Source: Hormiphora californensis
Taxonomy: Eukaryota > Animalia > Ctenophora
Length of the DNA: 64,000 nucleotides
Assembly: GCA_020137815.1 (NCBI GenBank)
Contig: CM035352.1
Coordinates: 6,820,001 to 6,884,000, forward strand
Direction: 5' to 3'
Of this stretch, positions 29,797 to 46,237 are shown one piece after another. Each line of letters starts with the position of its first letter. Positions within the stretch are counted from its first letter, which is position 1. The position numbers were made by a program, and so were the translations under genes. The notes below the pieces were generated by a model. The model was given only the letters and a program-made list of their open reading frames with translations, was not told where the DNA came from and ran no database searches.

Positions 29797-30070
29797 TCAG
29801 AACACAGGACCCCGAGAATTAGAATAAGGACAAACAGAACGCTATCAGGCTATGACAAATAGAGAGCTCGAAGCTAATTGGTCACCGGGGAAGAGACTTC
29901 GGATAGTTTGAGACAGTTATGGGATAGAGAGCACAGTATTGGGCCGCATTGTACAAAGTTATCAACGTGCCTGCAGAAATTCTTTTATGACCAGCGAATT
30001 ATTTTCACAAACCAACTCAACATTTTCAACACCGAACAGTTTACACTCTCTGTACATCTTCTACTGAACA

Positions 30071-30379
30071 ATGTCTGGCCGTGGTAAAGGAGGAAAGGGA
30101 CTTGGAAAGGGAGGAGCCAAGCGTCATCGAAAGATTTTGCGAGATAACATCCAGGGAATCACCAAGCCTGCCATCCGACGTCTCGCCAGGAGGGGAGGTG
30201 TCAAGCGAATCAGCGGTCTGATCTACGAGGAGACTCGAGGTGTCCTGAAGGTTTTCCTGGAGAACGTCATTAGGGATGCTGGAACTACTGCGAGCATGCC
30301 AGAGGAAGACTGTCACCGTATGGATGTCGTCTATGCCCTGAAGCGACAAGGACGAACCCTCTACGGATTCGGAGGTTAA
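30071..30379 (+). CDS. H4: Histone H4 (internal indels)
   Basis: H4 N- and C-termini in frame with a locally shifted segment; stem-loop at about 30424. Confidence 0.88.
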
Positions 30380-31267
30380 ATTCTCTGCAATCTCAGGTAC
30401 TGGTATTTCCCAGAACCGCAAACGGCTTTTTTCAAAGCCACCCAAATATAAAAAGAAACCATGATTATTACTTTTCTGTATTTCTCATTCCTATCGGGAT
30501 TAGTTCTACACTTACACAGCGCATTAAATTCATCCATTCAATAGCTGTTCTCACTCGCCCGTGTTTCAGAAACACCACGCTAGTACCTATCTCAAGATCA
30601 TTATACTGTGCTTGTAGTGCCATAACGATAATGAAAAACCGTTTTGGTTTTTCAGTACAGTAGGAGGACGCGCAAGCGTAACCAATCAATACACTATGAC
30701 GTGCTGACAAATGCACTTTTAATAGCTTTTTGAGAAAAGGCACTCGCTCGTTACACAATTTCCGCGCTAATACGGTATCCGCCATTACCGTAATGGCACT
30801 ACAAGCAGCACTGTTAGATTTTTATTTAAAATATTGAATTAAATATGGAAACAATATCATGTAGCCAAAAGACTGAGACATGTCGCTTACTTAGCAGATT
30901 ATTAGTAGAAGCGCTTAGATCATGGACGTACAAAACTCGATCACCACCCGAAGTTTAGGTTACTAAATAAAAACACTCCTTTTAACTACTACACACTAAC
31001 TCCTCTCCCATTATGATACACTGCTTTAACTCAGCGACGTGCCCCTTTCTCACACCTCTCCCTTTAATTGTCCTTCCCTGTGACGTCTTCCAGTATATAT
31101 TTTCTGTTTCCTCTAGGCTCTCTGTAATCTGTTGATATCTTGAATAACATACCGACCACTTTCACGCCACTGTGTGAGTTCCTGTGCTCCTCTATCACTA
31201 GAGAGTGTGTACAAAGATCCCTTGTGCAATTCAGTACCTCGGAAAATCAGTCAAAACAACCCCGAAT

Positions 31268-31648
31268 TTTTTGGAGGTTGAGGAGGTGTATTTGCCAAAA
31301 GCTTTGGTTCCTTCAGACACGGCGTGCTTGGCCAGCTCACCGGGCAAAAGCAGCCTCACGGCAGTCTGGACCTCTCTGGAGGAGATGGTCTTTCGCTTGT
31401 TGTAGTGTCCAAGTCGAGAGGCCTCTCCGGCGATCCTCTCAAAGATGTCGTTCACGAAGGAGTTTATGATAGACATGGCCTTGGAGCTGATTCCAGTTTC
31501 GGGGTGGACCTGCTTGAGAACCTTGTAGATGTAGATGGACTATGGAGTAGGACTCCTTCCTCTTCTTCTTTCGCTTCTTGTCTCCTCCGACGCGGCCGGC
31601 TTTCTTGCCTGCCTTCTTTTCGGCTTTCTTTCCAGAAACAGGGGGCAT
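31268..31648 (-). pseudogene. H2B: Orphan histone H2B pseudogene
   Basis: Frameshift, lost stop codon, no downstream stem-loop, truncated promoter and no divergent partner. Confidence 0.7.
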
Positions 31649-32070
31649 CTTTAAGTTGAGTTGGGTACAGCTGTAGTAGTGAATTATTGAGGGATGATCT
31701 AGAGATGATCTCAAGTGGTATTTATACAAGGTTGGATACGTTGAAACTAGTGAACCAATGAGAGAGCGACCTTTGAAAGCTAACCAGTAAAAGAGAAGCT
31801 TGTAGGCTAGCTTGTGAAACGCTCCGCTCAGCTCTGTGAGCTCTAAAATGTGTATTGAAGTCAGAACATGAATCATTTTAACAGTAGTTACACCAGTACG
31901 AGTGGCACAGCAAAATAAAGCTTGAACTATCCAAGTGACCAAGATGCAGAGGAAAGCTACAATTTTAGTAAACAATGCTAGAGTTTCTTTTTTAGAATTG
32001 GGTGGCGCTGAAAAGCACCGTTTTGCCAGTTTCTCCAAAGAGAAACGAGCGGTAAATCACTAGAAACGAT

Positions 32071-32445
<375 letters not shown>

Positions 32446-32789
32446 GTTGATTCAGAGGGTTGGTGTTGAAAACTGAGTTGCTGAGTTAAGATTGGAATTG
32501 AGTTCTGAAAGCGAGCCCCGGTTTATATACTCTTACTCGGATAGAATAGAGAGCTAAATATCAAAACCCTGCTTCTCCATTGGTCACCTCTAATTGCATA
32601 ACTAGAGCCAATAAGGATGCTCCAATTCGAACACGTGACAACAGGATATCCAATAACATTGTAGTGTTTCATAAGCCGCACTATTACTGGCCAGCCTTCA
32701 AAGGGCGCCTTCTCATTGGTTTACTAGCTTCAAAGAATCCGACCTTGTATAAATACCGCAAGATTCGGCGTCACTCAACAACTCACTAA

Positions 32790-33185
<396 letters not shown>

Positions 33186-33955
33186 ACTGGAGATATTACC
33201 GTCGTGTTTTTGAAACACGGCAAAAAGGCTTTTTTCAAAGCCACCCAAAAACCAAAAGAAACGTGTGCGATATAATCGTTCCATCTCATTTAGCATAACA
33301 ATAGTTAAGTTTACTTTGTCCAGCAAGGTTTGCAATTCCGACGAAATGGGTTATAAAATCTTGTCAAGCATGATACCTATGATACCTAAGTATTACGTCA
33401 CGTTGCACTCCCATGTTTGCGCTCCCCTTACACTACACGGTCACATCTCAATAGCACAATAGTCAGGACCATTACAATGTCCCCACCATGCCCAACCTTA
33501 AAATTCCCTGTCTTTTCTGCAAGATTGGGTTTCCCCTCTGTTGGCCAACCGCTTCATATATATCTGCCTGGTCTACCATTACACTAACTTCTCTGGTGCC
33601 CCTTTTGCAAAAAATTCCTAATCTATGGTTTTAAATATTAAATTGCCTTGCAAAGGCATAACGTTAAATTCGGGTAGCAGGGAGCGGATTACGGTAGAGA
33701 GTTGATCGTGCTAGTAGGTTGGAAAGGTAAAAAAGAAGGCTGTACTTTCTTTTGAACGGAACGCGCAATCACCATTTTAATGCATTCTGCATATCAAACA
33801 TTTCCACATTTCCCTGTAAGACATGGATAGTCTAAGTGAATGATGATGTGTTGTATGATGGTGTTGGACTGGAGAATTTCTTTATTTAATTTGGTTGGCT
33901 TTGAAAAAAGCCGTTGTTTCTGAAGGAATGCCTTCAGAAGGAGATCAAGTTTGAT

Positions 33956-34449
33956 CTATTTCTTCGCCTTCTTGGGAGTGGCCTTTTTGGCAGTAGGCTT
34001 CTTCTTGGCGGCAGTAGGGTTCTTTAGGGTAGTCTTCTTGGAGCCGCAGTCTTCTTCTTGGGAGACTTGGCAGCAACTTTCTTCTTGGGGGTACCGGCCT
34101 TCTTGGCAGCAGGTTTCTTGGCAGCGGCTTTCTTGGCAGCAGGTTTCTTTGCAGCGACTTTCTTGGCAGCAGGCTTCTTTTCCACGGCAGCTAGCTTGAA
34201 AGATCCGGCACATCCCAATCCAGTCTTCTTAACGAGAGCTCCAGACTTTAGACCACGGAGAAGGGCCAACTTGAGCTGGGACTCGTGCCTGTCTCCAACC
34301 TTGTAGTTGGCGGAGATGTACTTGGAGATGGCGACCTTAGAACTTCCGGAGCGGTTGGCAAGAGAAGAGATCGCAGCGGCAATCATCTCCTTGTACTGAG
34401 GATGCTCAGCGGGCTTCTTGGGAGCGGCCTTCTTTGTTGCAGTAGACAT
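33956..34449 (-). CDS. H1: Linker histone H1 (indel in the tail)
   Basis: Near-identical to 24350-24830; stem-loop downstream. Confidence 0.9.
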
Positions 34450-34801
34450 GTCTGTAGATGAAACTTGCTGAACTTGAATGTTGAGTTGAGATTTCGAATT
34501 GAGCCCAGACCTCGAATCTTGCGGTATTTATACAGTGTTGGATACGTTGAAGCTAGTGAACCAATGAGAAACCGCCCTTTAAAGCTAGCCAATGAGAGAC
34601 CAGCTTATGAAACATTTTGCGTCACGTGTCAAAATCGGGGCATCCTTATTGGCTCTAGTTATGCAATTAGCGTTGGCCAATGGAGAAGCAGTAGACAAGC
34701 TCAGTAGGAGCATATATACCGGTGCCGGGCAGTTGCATTTTTAAAGCAACTCAATATTTTCATCACAGTAAAGTCTACTCTATCCGTACATCTTCTACTG
34801 A

Positions 34802-35116
<315 letters not shown>

Positions 35117-35160
35117 TTTCTCTGTAATCTCAGGTACTGGGATTTCTCAGTACCACAAAA

Positions 35161-35176
35161 GGCTTTTTTCAAAGCC
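35161..35176 (+). terminator. Histone 3' stem-loop, type A (GGCTTT-TTTC-AAAGCC), used by H4, H2B and H1
   Basis: 6-bp stem and 4-nt loop followed by ACCC and a purine-rich AAAGAAA element. Confidence 0.9.
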
Positions 35177-36019
35177 ACCCTAATCTGAAAAGAAACTGTT
35201 ACGTTGAACACCCAAATCACGAAATTATTAAATGACTAATCGATGCTAGTAGTATTGTGCGATGCAAGTTTGTAAGGCTCGACCCTAAAAAAATGGTAGT
35301 CGTTACGTAGCCATGTTCAGCCATGTTAAGAATGCACCTTAAAAAATCAGACTAGAATTCTTCATCGGGAAATGTGTGACCGGTGGGGAGTCTCATATCG
35401 TCGATTATCACTCCGACCTCAATATACTAATAATAGATCACGATACGTGATTCTCTATAGCCTACTGCGTTACCCGATCAATCGGACAGGTATGTGACCT
35501 TTGTGACTTCCTACCGCTCTACCCAATTACTCGATGTATCGATATTGTGGTCTGGTATGATATGTGATTCTTCAATCCTCACCTCTATTCCCCCAATTAG
35601 TCGTTACTATTACGTATTCCTTCACTATTCAATGGATATCACATGTAATGTGGCTAAATCTAATCTCTGAAAATTTCAGAGAAAATAGGCCAACGGAGAA
35701 AGTTTATCCCGGTAGCTGTGTTCCGGCATATCGGGAGCCGTAAAATTGGAGTCCGACTATACATGATAAGACTCCCTGTCGCCAAATTAGATATACCTAG
35801 GGGCACAAACTCAGTAGTCAGGGTATAGACACCTTGTCTCGGAAATACCTACTACTACTTAGTCAGCCGTGCAGTATGGTTTTGTTCAAACGCAAGAAAT
35901 GAGATATATACATTTTCAGAACCGTTTCTAAAAATCATGGTTTCTTTTTATATTTGGGTGGCTTTGAAAAAAGCCTTTTGTGGTACTGGGAAATCCCAGT
36001 ACCTAAGATTACAGAGAAA

Positions 36020-36324
36020 TTAACCTCCGAATCCGGAGGGTTGTCCTGTCGCTTCAGGGCATAGACCACATCCATAGCGGTGACAGTCTTCCTCTTGGCA
36101 TGCTCGCAGTAGGTCACAGCATCCCTAATAACGTTCTCCAGGAAAACCTTCAGGACACTCGGGTTCTCCTCGTAGATCCACCGCTGATTCGCTTGACACC
36201 TCCCCTCCTGGCGAGAAGTCGGATGGCAGGCTTGGTGATTCCCTGGATGTATCTCGCAAATCTTTCGATGACGCTTGGCTCCTCCCTTTCCAAGTCCCTT
36301 TCCTCCTTTACCACGGCCAGACAT
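36020..36324 (-). CDS. H4: Histone H4 (indels)
   Basis: H4 sequence with 1-nt deletions; stem-loop present. Confidence 0.85.
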
Positions 36325-36676
36325 TGTTCAGTAGAAGATACAGAGAGTGTAGACTTTACGGTGATGAAAATATTGAGTTGGTTTGTGAAAATAATTCGCT
36401 GACCATATAACAATTTCTGCAAGCACGTTGATAACTTTGTATGGTCTTGCGGCCTAATACTGTGCTCTCTATCCCATAACTGTCTCAAACTATCCGGAGA
36501 CTCTTCCCCGGTGACCAATCAGCTTCGAGCTCTCTAATTGTACAGCCAATGAGGTTCGTTCACGTGTCATGCTTTCATTGGTTCTAAGCCATTGGGCGGG
36601 AAACTTGAGAAGAATTAATATCGTGAAAGTTTTTCTTCAAACCAACTTCAAATTCTTCATATTACATCAACTCGAA

Positions 36677-37076
36677 ATGGCCCGAACAAAGCAGACCGCC
36701 CGTAAATCTACCGGAGGAAAGGCTCCCCGAAAGCAGCTCGCCACCAAGGCCGCCGAAAGAGTGCTCCCGCCACTGGAGGAGTGAAGAAGCCCCACAGGTA
36801 CAGGCCGGTACCGTTGCCCTTCGAGAGATCAGGCGATATTAAAAGTCTACTGAACTGCTCTGAGGAAGCTGCCCTTCCAGCGTCTTGTTCGTGGATTGCC
36901 AGGACTTCAAGACCGACTTCGATTCAGAGCACTTCTGTGATGGCTCTGCAGGAGGCTAGTGAGGCATACCTTGTCGGACTCTTCGAGGACACCCACCTGT
37001 GTGCCACCATGCCAAGAGGGTCACAATCATGCCCAAGGACATCAGTGGCCCGACGAATCGAGGAGAGCGGGCCTAA
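36677..37076 (+). CDS. H3: Histone H3 (indels)
   Basis: [26 protein letters not shown].. with multiple 1-nt deletions; stem-loop at about 37122. Confidence 0.85.
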
Positions 37077-37307
37077 TTATTTAGGTTCTCTCCTGTTGTT
37101 ACGTCTTAGTAACAACAAAACGGTGCTTTTCAGCGCCACCCAAATTATCTAAAGAAATCCCGATTAACAAATTTGCAATACTTGCTCACCATCTTTTTTC
37201 TCATTCTCTCCCTCTCCAAAAAGTTTCACAACACCTGATCTAAAGATCGGGGCGATGCACGGTAGCAGATGCAGTAAAAGAACGCCAAGACTTCCTAGTT
37301 CATGGTC

Positions 37308-37970
37308 TTATATACCCTGCTAACTTAAATAACCCGCCAGCGGCGAGAAGTCCCACTGGCGCGCTCTCAATAACAGCCAGTCCAGTGGCAGATTATTTCC
37401 CCAGGCTGGCTGTTTATTATAACTCTATGTTACATTCAAAGTGTGTGTAAAAGATCAGTTCTTACTGAAATAAAGAGGGAACACTGTTTGCAAGAGTTAC
37501 ACAATGCATTGGAGAGAAAGAAACAACACATTCCGTCAATTTCTCTCTCTTTATCTCCCCTTTTGTTTCACTATCTCAATTCCTCTGTGTGTCTTGGCAT
37601 GCCCCATATCTTGTTATTTCTTTCTCCTCTCCTTAGTAACTGTTACCAAACAATATACACTCAATTGGAGATGTTTTTGACTGTTTCTCAGTTCTCTTTG
37701 TGTGTTTTGATTAGTGTTCTCTCTCTTGTTAGTGTGTAATAATTAGAAACAAACAACTAAAGCAGGGTATATAACCTAAAACTCTGACAATGGCACGTTA
37801 TTGTTTAAACCCCTCCGCCTCTCCCTCGGCTACGCCTCAGGATCGTCGTCGTGATTTAAACCAGTTTATCCGCCACTGGCGGATAAACTACAGCTACCTT
37901 CTCCCAGCGGCGCGCTGGGAGAAAGGTATCTGAAATAACGTGCCAGTGGCCAGAGTTTATGCCTCATATA
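37308..37970. mobile_element. Palindrome-rich non-autonomous element(s)
   Basis: Inverted pair ttatataccctgct / agcagggtatataa; hairpins cagtttatccgccactggcggataaact and ctcccagcggcgcgctgggag; actctg..tggcacgttat / ataacgtgcca..cagagt. Confidence 0.45.
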
Positions 37971-38674
37971 CATTTATGTCATGAATGACTCATTCATATA
38001 GGGAACTCCCAGGTTTAACTTGGTTACTGGTTAGGTGGGGAGTGTTTGAAGCGTTATGCTTAGAATAGTCGAATCGCAGTAACAATTGCCGATTGCCGTA
38101 TTAAAAGTCGTTTGAAGATTTTACGTGCATACGTTAACTGCGAGCTGGGTGATTACAGATCCTGTTCGCGATTTAACTGACCTGGGACTCTTGTAAAATG
38201 TGACAGATGTTTTACCATCCGAATAATAAACGGAACACCGGAATGTGGGACAAATGCCTGTGATGACACACTTGCTATAATCTGTGCAAAAAGTGTGCTG
38301 CGCGTGCAGTGTGCACAGAGTATCAAGAAAATGATGAAACAAAGTGCTTTCTTTTAGAACGTGCGTAAATGGCGCCCGCTCAACTTGATACAGTGACAAG
38401 ATGTGTCAGAGAGATCGGAAAAGTGGGAAAGTAAGTGAGAGAGTGTAGTGTATGTAAGGTCTTGCAGTCCAGTAATAACGATCTGAATATTAATAGTAGT
38501 AGTATAGTGAAAGTTTGGGGGGGGGGGGGCCACTGAAACAAGGTCACAATGATGTGATCTTTGCTTTGTTTTGTTCATCAATGATAGTTTCTTTCTTAGA
38601 TTTGGGTGGCGCTGAAAAGCACCGTTTTGCCAGTTTCTCCGAAGAGAAACGAGCGGTAAATAGTCAGAAACGAT

Positions 38675-39052
<378 letters not shown>

Positions 39053-39423
39053 GTTGATTCAGATGGGTTGTTGAAAACTGAGTTGCTGAGTTCAAGATTG
39101 GAATTGAGTTCTGTAAGCCGAGCCCCGGTTTATATACTCTTACTCGGATAGAATAGAGAGCTAAATATCAAAACCCTGCTTCTCCATTGGTCACCTCTAA
39201 TTGCATAACTGGAGCCAATAAGGATGCTCCAATTTGAACACGTGACAACAGGATATCCAATGAGAGTGTGGCGTTTCATAAGCCTCACTATTACTGGCCA
39301 GCTTTCAAAGGGGGCCTTCTCATTGGTTCACTAGCTTCAAAGAATCCGACCCTATATAAATACCGCAAGATTCGGGGGTCACAATAATTTACTAACTGCA
39401 GCTGTACCCGAATCAACATGAAG

Positions 39424-39798
39424 ATGCCCCCTGTTTCTGGAAAGAAAGCCGAGAAGAAGGCAGGCAAGAAGGCCGGCCGAGTTGGAGGAGACAAGAAGCG
39501 AAAGAAGAAGAGGAAGGAGTCATACTCCATCTACATCTACAAGGTCCTCAAGCAGGTCCACCCCGACACTGGAATCAGCTCTAAGGCCATGTCCATCATG
39601 AACTCCTTCGTGAACGATATCTTTGAGAGGATCGCCGGAGAGGCCTCTCGACTGGGACACTACAACAAGCGAAAGACCATCTCCTCCAGAGAGGTCCAGA
39701 CTGCCGTGAGGCTGCTTTTGCCCGGTGAGCTGGCCAAGCACGCCGTGTCTGAAGGAACCAAGGCTGTTACCAAGTACACCTCCTCAGTCTCCAAGTAA
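39424..39798 (+). CDS. H2B: Histone H2B (intact; an in-frame upstream ATG at 39418 occurs only in this copy)
   Basis: Complete ORF plus stem-loop. Confidence 0.97.
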   Translation: MPPVSGKKAEKKAGKKAGRVGGDKKRKKKRKESYSIYIYKVLKQVHPDTGISSKAMSIMNSFVNDIFERIAGEASRLGHYNKRKTISSREVQTAVRLLLPGELAKHAVSEGTKAVTKYTSSVSK

Positions 39799-40725
39799 AC
39801 TGGAGATATTCCCGTCGTGTTTTAGAAACACGGCAAAAAGGCTTTTTTCAAAGCCACCCAAAAACCAAAAGAAACGTGTGCGATCCAACCGTCAATTTAT
39901 TTATTACGTCACTGATACCACTGGTATTACCAGCTGGAAAATGACAGATCTGATTATTTTCTGAGCGTAGTTAAACTACTAATTGCTCTAAGCAAAATCT
40001 TTGCCCGGTGATATTTTAAGCCACTTAAGGATACAAATTGACTGTCAAGGGGTATGAATAATCGAATAATCCCGGATGACCTAAGACAACGACTGCTAAA
40101 CAATATCAATTTTACAGTCGTTGCCTTCCTGTCACTAGATCCCTTTAGATGATGTGCGAACCAAGTGTACCCTAGCTAATGATGCTCCTCATGTGATGCC
40201 CCCCGTACAGCATTTGGCGGTGCAGTGCTCCGATATAGCTGCTCAGGTGCAACAAAAATTAAATCGTTAAGTGCTGTTTAGCTAAGTGCTGTTTAGCTAC
40301 GTGCTGTTTAGCTACGTGCATTACTCTTGGTTGTGTCCCAGGTGCGTGTAAGGGGACCAAGAAACTTTGTGCGGGAAACGGAGGTGTGTTACGTGCCCAA
40401 GTATAACAGCATCGTCCACGACACAGTCCGCGAATGTTAGCGGACTGTTGTAGACCGTGACCAAGTAAAAGTGCGGACCACCACGGTAAACTATTCTATG
40501 TGGAGTTTGGTCAATGGCGACACACAATGTGTCATTTTTAGATCCGACAATTCTCTCCCCACTGACCTTTTGCGTGATGTTACAGTCGGCACGCCTGACA
40601 AAGTATTGAAAGATCGAAGGATTGAAATGGTTTCTAAATATCATGGTTTCTTTTTATATTTGGGTGGCTTTGAAAAAAGCCGTTTGTGGTACTGGGAAAT
40701 CCCAGTACCTGAGATTGCAGAGAAA

Positions 40726-41033
<308 letters not shown>

Positions 41034-41360
41034 TGTTCAGTAGAAGATACGGAGAGTGTAAACTGTGTTGAAAATGTTGAGTTGGTTTGTGAAGATAATT
41101 TTCGCTCGTTATATAAGAATTTTAACAAGCACGTTGATAACTTTGTACGGTCTTGCGGCCCAATACTGTGCTCTCTATCCCATAACTGTCTCAAACTATC
41201 CGGAGACTCTTCCCCGGTGACCAATCAGCTTCGAGCTCTCTAATTGTACAGCCAATGAGGTTCGTTTACGTGTCATGTTTTCACTGGCTGTAAGCCGTTG
41301 GGCGGGAAAGTTGGGTAGAATTAATACCGTGAACAAATTGTTTCATCAATTCAACTTTGA

Positions 41361-41794
<434 letters not shown>

Positions 41795-42642
41795 TTCTAA
41801 GGCCATTCCAGTTGTTGCCATTTGGTAACAACGACAACGGTGCTTTTCAGCGCCACCCAAATCAAATAAAGAAATTGTAATAGATGCTTTATGATCGTGT
41901 TCATTATGCGTCATTTGTTTTACTGGAACGGCTTCAATGATTGACACCTCCTATTGTGATAAGGGGCGATGACGTAATTCGTAGGTATCAGATAGCATAT
42001 TGCACCAGTGAAAAAGAGGCAAATCCCTTGATTTTCGATCGCCCCAGTTCTACTAGTTAAATTAAATACACCCTACATGTTTCCACGGCTTGTACATTTG
42101 TTTCAAATATTAAAATCACACTGTTAAGCTGCAGCATGAGTAATTTAGGATAACGATTACAGGGAACCAAGGAGTGTGTAACTAGACTGGCTTGGATTAT
42201 GAGAAGTTGAGCTTTTCAGCTGGATCAAATGCATGTTTTGGAGATCACACCAGCAGAAGTGGGTGGGTGTGCTTTCAACACACATGCTAAAGTTTGGGTA
42301 TTGTTCATTTATCATCTGTTGGGGGCAAAAAGGTGTATATAGGAGTTGTGTTACAAATTCTTTGTGCAGTGTGTGTTCGACAAAACATTATAGTGGATCA
42401 GTCTTTTTGTTTGTAACCTACGTGCTCGAATGATGTTCAGCTGCTGAAGGCAAAAGATTTTCCTTAGACCAACTACAGTAGTTTAACTACTCGCTCAGAA
42501 AACAAATACCATCAGGACTTTTCGAGCTGGTATCAGCGACTAAAATTGACGGTTGGATCGCACACGTTTCTTTTGGTTTTTGGGTGGCTTTGAAAAAAGC
42601 CTTTTTGCCGTATTTCAAAAACACGGCGGGAGTTTCTCCAGT

Positions 42643-43017
42643 TTACTTGGAGGTTGAGGAGGTGTACTTGGTAACAGCCTTGGTTCCCTCTGATACAGCG
42701 TGCTTGGCCAGCTCACCGGGCAAAAGCAGCCTCACAGCAGTCTGGACCTCTCTGGAGGAGATGGTCTTTCGCTTGTTGTAATGTCCCAGTCGAGAGGCCT
42801 CTCCGGCGATCCTCTCAAAGATGTCGTTCACAAAGGAGTTCATGATGGACATGGCCTTGGAGCTGACTCCAGTGTCGGGGTGGACCTGCTTGAGGACCTT
42901 GTAGATGTAGATGGAGTAGGATTCCTTCCTCTTCTTCTTTCGCTTCTTGTCTCCTCCGACACGGCCGGCCTTCTTGCCTGCCTTCTTCTCGGCTTTCTTT
43001 CCAGAAACAGGGGGCAT
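42643..43017 (-). CDS. H2B: Histone H2B (intact)
   Basis: Complete ORF plus stem-loop. Confidence 0.97.
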   Translation of the reverse strand: MPPVSGKKAEKKAGKKAGRVGGDKKRKKKRKESYSIYIYKVLKQVHPDTGVSSKAMSIMNSFVNDIFERIAGEASRLGHYNKRKTISSREVQTAVRLLLPGELAKHAVSEGTKAVTKYTSSTSK

Positions 43018-43079
43018 CTTCAACAGTTCAAGTTGATTTGGGTACAGCTGCAGTTAGTGAGTTGTTGAGTGACGCCGAA

Positions 43080-43330
43080 TTTCTTGCGGTATTTAAACAA
43101 GGTCGGATTCTTTGAAGCTAGTGAACCAATGAGAAGGCGCCCTTTGAAGGCTGGCCAGTAATAGTGCGGCTTATGAAACGCTACACTCTCATTGGATATC
43201 CTGTTGTCACGTGTTCAAATTGGAGCATCCTTATTGGCTCTCGTTATGCAATTAGAGGTGGCCAATGGAGAAGCAGGGTTTTGATATTTAGCTCTCTATT
43301 CTATCCGATTAAGAGTATATAAACCGGGGC
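43080..43330. promoter_or_regulatory. Bidirectional H2B/H2A promoter (representative copy)
   Basis: TATA-like boxes facing both genes, several CCAAT boxes, a CACGTG E-box and an ATGCAATT octamer-like motif; conserved in all H2A/H2B pairs. Confidence 0.75.
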
Positions 43331-43392
43331 TCGCTTTCAGAATTCAATTCCAATCTTGAACTCAGCAACTCAGTTTTCAACAACCCATCTGA

Positions 43393-43779
<387 letters not shown>

Positions 43780-43830
43780 ATCGTTTCTGGCGATTTACCG
43801 CTCGTTTCTTTTCGTGGAAACCGGCAAAAC

Positions 43831-43846
43831 GGTGCTTTTCAGCGCC
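43831..43846 (+). terminator. Histone 3' stem-loop, type B (GGTGCT-TTTC-AGCGCC), used by H2A and H3
   Basis: Stem-loop followed by ACCCAAA and a downstream AAAGAAA element. Confidence 0.9.
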
Positions 43847-44243
43847 ACCCAAATTCAAAAAAGAAACTCTAGCATTTTTGTACAAATGAAAATTGGCACG
43901 ATTTGCGTGGCGTGGTGGCGAAAACGCACATTTTGCGCGATGACGCTGCGCATTTTGCGCCGTTTTTTAATTTATTGGGCTCATTTGAAAGAGCTCAATG
44001 TCCTCTTTTTATTTTCAACGAGCCCGAAATTTTGCAAATTGGTCAAGAAATGGCTGAGTTATGGACAAAAACGTGGTTTTGCACGTACGTATTCTCTCAG
44101 ATCTGGTTAACATTTACCGCCTAGCTTAAAATATAGGGCACTTCGCGCTATCCCCTGTATGTAGCGCGTGACGCTGCCAAATTAAAATACTTAGCTCAAT
44201 AGTATTGAGTCAATACTCCTCTACATCTAAAATGGAGGATTAA

Positions 44244-44372
44244 AGTGTAAGCGAAACAACAACGAACTGGCTGCGCGTCCCGCAACGTTGCGCATGTGAA
44301 TCTCTCCGGTGAGATCGTTATGCGCAACGAATGCGCGACGCGCAGCCAGTTCGTTGTTGTTTCGCTTTCACT
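44244..44372. mobile_element. Kolobok-like MITE
   Basis: TTAA on both flanks, AG...CT termini, about 55-bp TIRs (agtg.aagcgaaacaacaacgaactggctgcgcgtc). Confidence 0.7.
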
Positions 44373-45418
44373 TTAATGTAATATATCCACTTTCTCTGTC
44401 TCCCTCTCTCTCTCTTGGTCACCACACAATACTTGTAAACTTGTAAACTTGTAAACTAGACTACTGCCCCTAACTAATTCACTTTACCTCTGGATTCGTA
44501 GAAAATCGCTAGTCGCTGATTAACAGTTATAGCCATCCGCAATGCTTTGACAACATCTCTTGAGAATGAGAATAGGGAATCTTGACAGCGTATGCGCCCA
44601 GACCAATTTGAACGTCCTCAGTGGGGTCGCGGCGCAGAAACTACCCTGTAAGGCTTAATCGCAGTCTCGAGTCGTAGCTAATAATCTATCACACATGTTC
44701 GCCACAGACTAGGATTACTCCTGCACACGATCGCGGAGGGCCGGATTGCAAACAATTTCGGAAGCCGCATTTAAGTTTGCTCGTGCAATTTTGACCCACT
44801 TCCTTTTTGAAGACAAACTTCTCGGGTATTTTCAAGATATTAGGATCATTTGTAGTCTTTTGCGACAAACCGGATGCAAATCGGTCCAGTGGATCGCGTG
44901 CAACATCCCTTGAAAGATTGAAAGAAACGACCCTTTTTGAGGCGGAGCAGACACCTGTGTGTGAGCTCAATCTTGGTCACGCACGGTGTCTATGTGATAG
45001 AGTTCGTAGAAGGAGTGGATAACAGCAACTTGATTGTAATCAATTATCACAGCTTATCTCAGGTTATTGAAGTTTCACATAACCTGTGGCTTGTTTAAAA
45101 GTTGCAAAGGAGCGCAAAAATCGGCTAGTCAGACATGCATTAGACAGTTATAGCCATCGCAAATGCTCTGACAACAGTTCTCTTGAAGAAATGAGAATAG
45201 GGTGAATGCTCTGACAGCTGTCTGGCGGCGCCAGACCCCAATTTGACAGTACACTCAGATGGGGTCGGCGGCGCTAGACAGACTACACTGTAAGTTGCTT
45301 AATTCGCAAGATCTCGAGTCGTCTATGCCTAATAAAACTCTGAACTACACATGTTCGCCACAGGACTAGGGATTACTCCCTGCACACGGATCGCGGAGGG
45401 GAACCGGGATTGGCATAT

Positions 45419-45694
45419 AGTCGAATTTTTTAATCAAGGGACAGGGGCCGCGCATTTACAAAAGTCTTTTTGCGCGTGCTAAACGTTTTCGCTCATATCT
45501 CCTCACTCCTGTTCCTGATAAGATAAAGACTTGGTATTGGTTGCGTTTAAAAGGTCTTAAAATTATCTTTCCAACGCTTCCGGGTTCAAGTCTTAAGATT
45601 GCCAGGAACTTGATCTCGGTTATCACGCGCAAATACAAAGCCGTGCGACCCCTCTGAATGCGCGGCCCCTGTCCCTTGATTAAAAAATTCGACT
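45419..45694. mobile_element. MITE, TIR family agtcgaattttttaatcaagggacagggg
   Basis: About 38-bp terminal inverted repeats; related copy at 46238-46618. Confidence 0.75.
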
Positions 45695-45720
45695 TTACGT
45701 TGCAGGCCCCTTATAAAATT

Positions 45721-46096
45721 TAGGTAGGCGGTAAATGTTAACCAGATTTGTGAGAATTTCGCACGTTTTTGCCCATAACTCAGCCATTTCTTGACCAATT
45801 TGCAAAATCCTTGGCTCATTGGAAAGAGGACATTGAGATCTTTCAAATGAGCTCAAGAAAATGAAAATTGGCGCAAATTGCGCGGCGTGGTGGCGAAAAC
45901 GCGCATTTTGCGCCATGACGCCGCGCATTTTCCGCCGATTTTAGTTTTATTGGGCTCATTTGAAAGATCTCAATGTCCTCTTTCCAACGCACCCAAGATC
46001 TTGCAAATTGGTCAAGAAATGGCTGAGTTATGGGCAAAAACGTAGTTTTGCACGTACGTTTTCTCTCAGATCTGGTTAACATTTACCGCCTACCTA
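45721..46096. mobile_element. Foldback-type MITE with long TIRs
   Basis: taggtaggcggtaaatgttaaccagat ... atctggttaacatttaccgcctaccta; partial copy at about 43885-44128. Confidence 0.75.
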
Positions 46097-46237
46097 AAAT
46101 TTAATATAATATAAGGGGGTGCGCGCATGAGGGGGCTGCAGCGCATTCCAAGAACCGGGAAACGCGAGTCGGAAAATAAAATGTTTGGAAAATGGACAAT
46201 TCACACAAACCACATTTTATACATTTTAGTCGACTTT

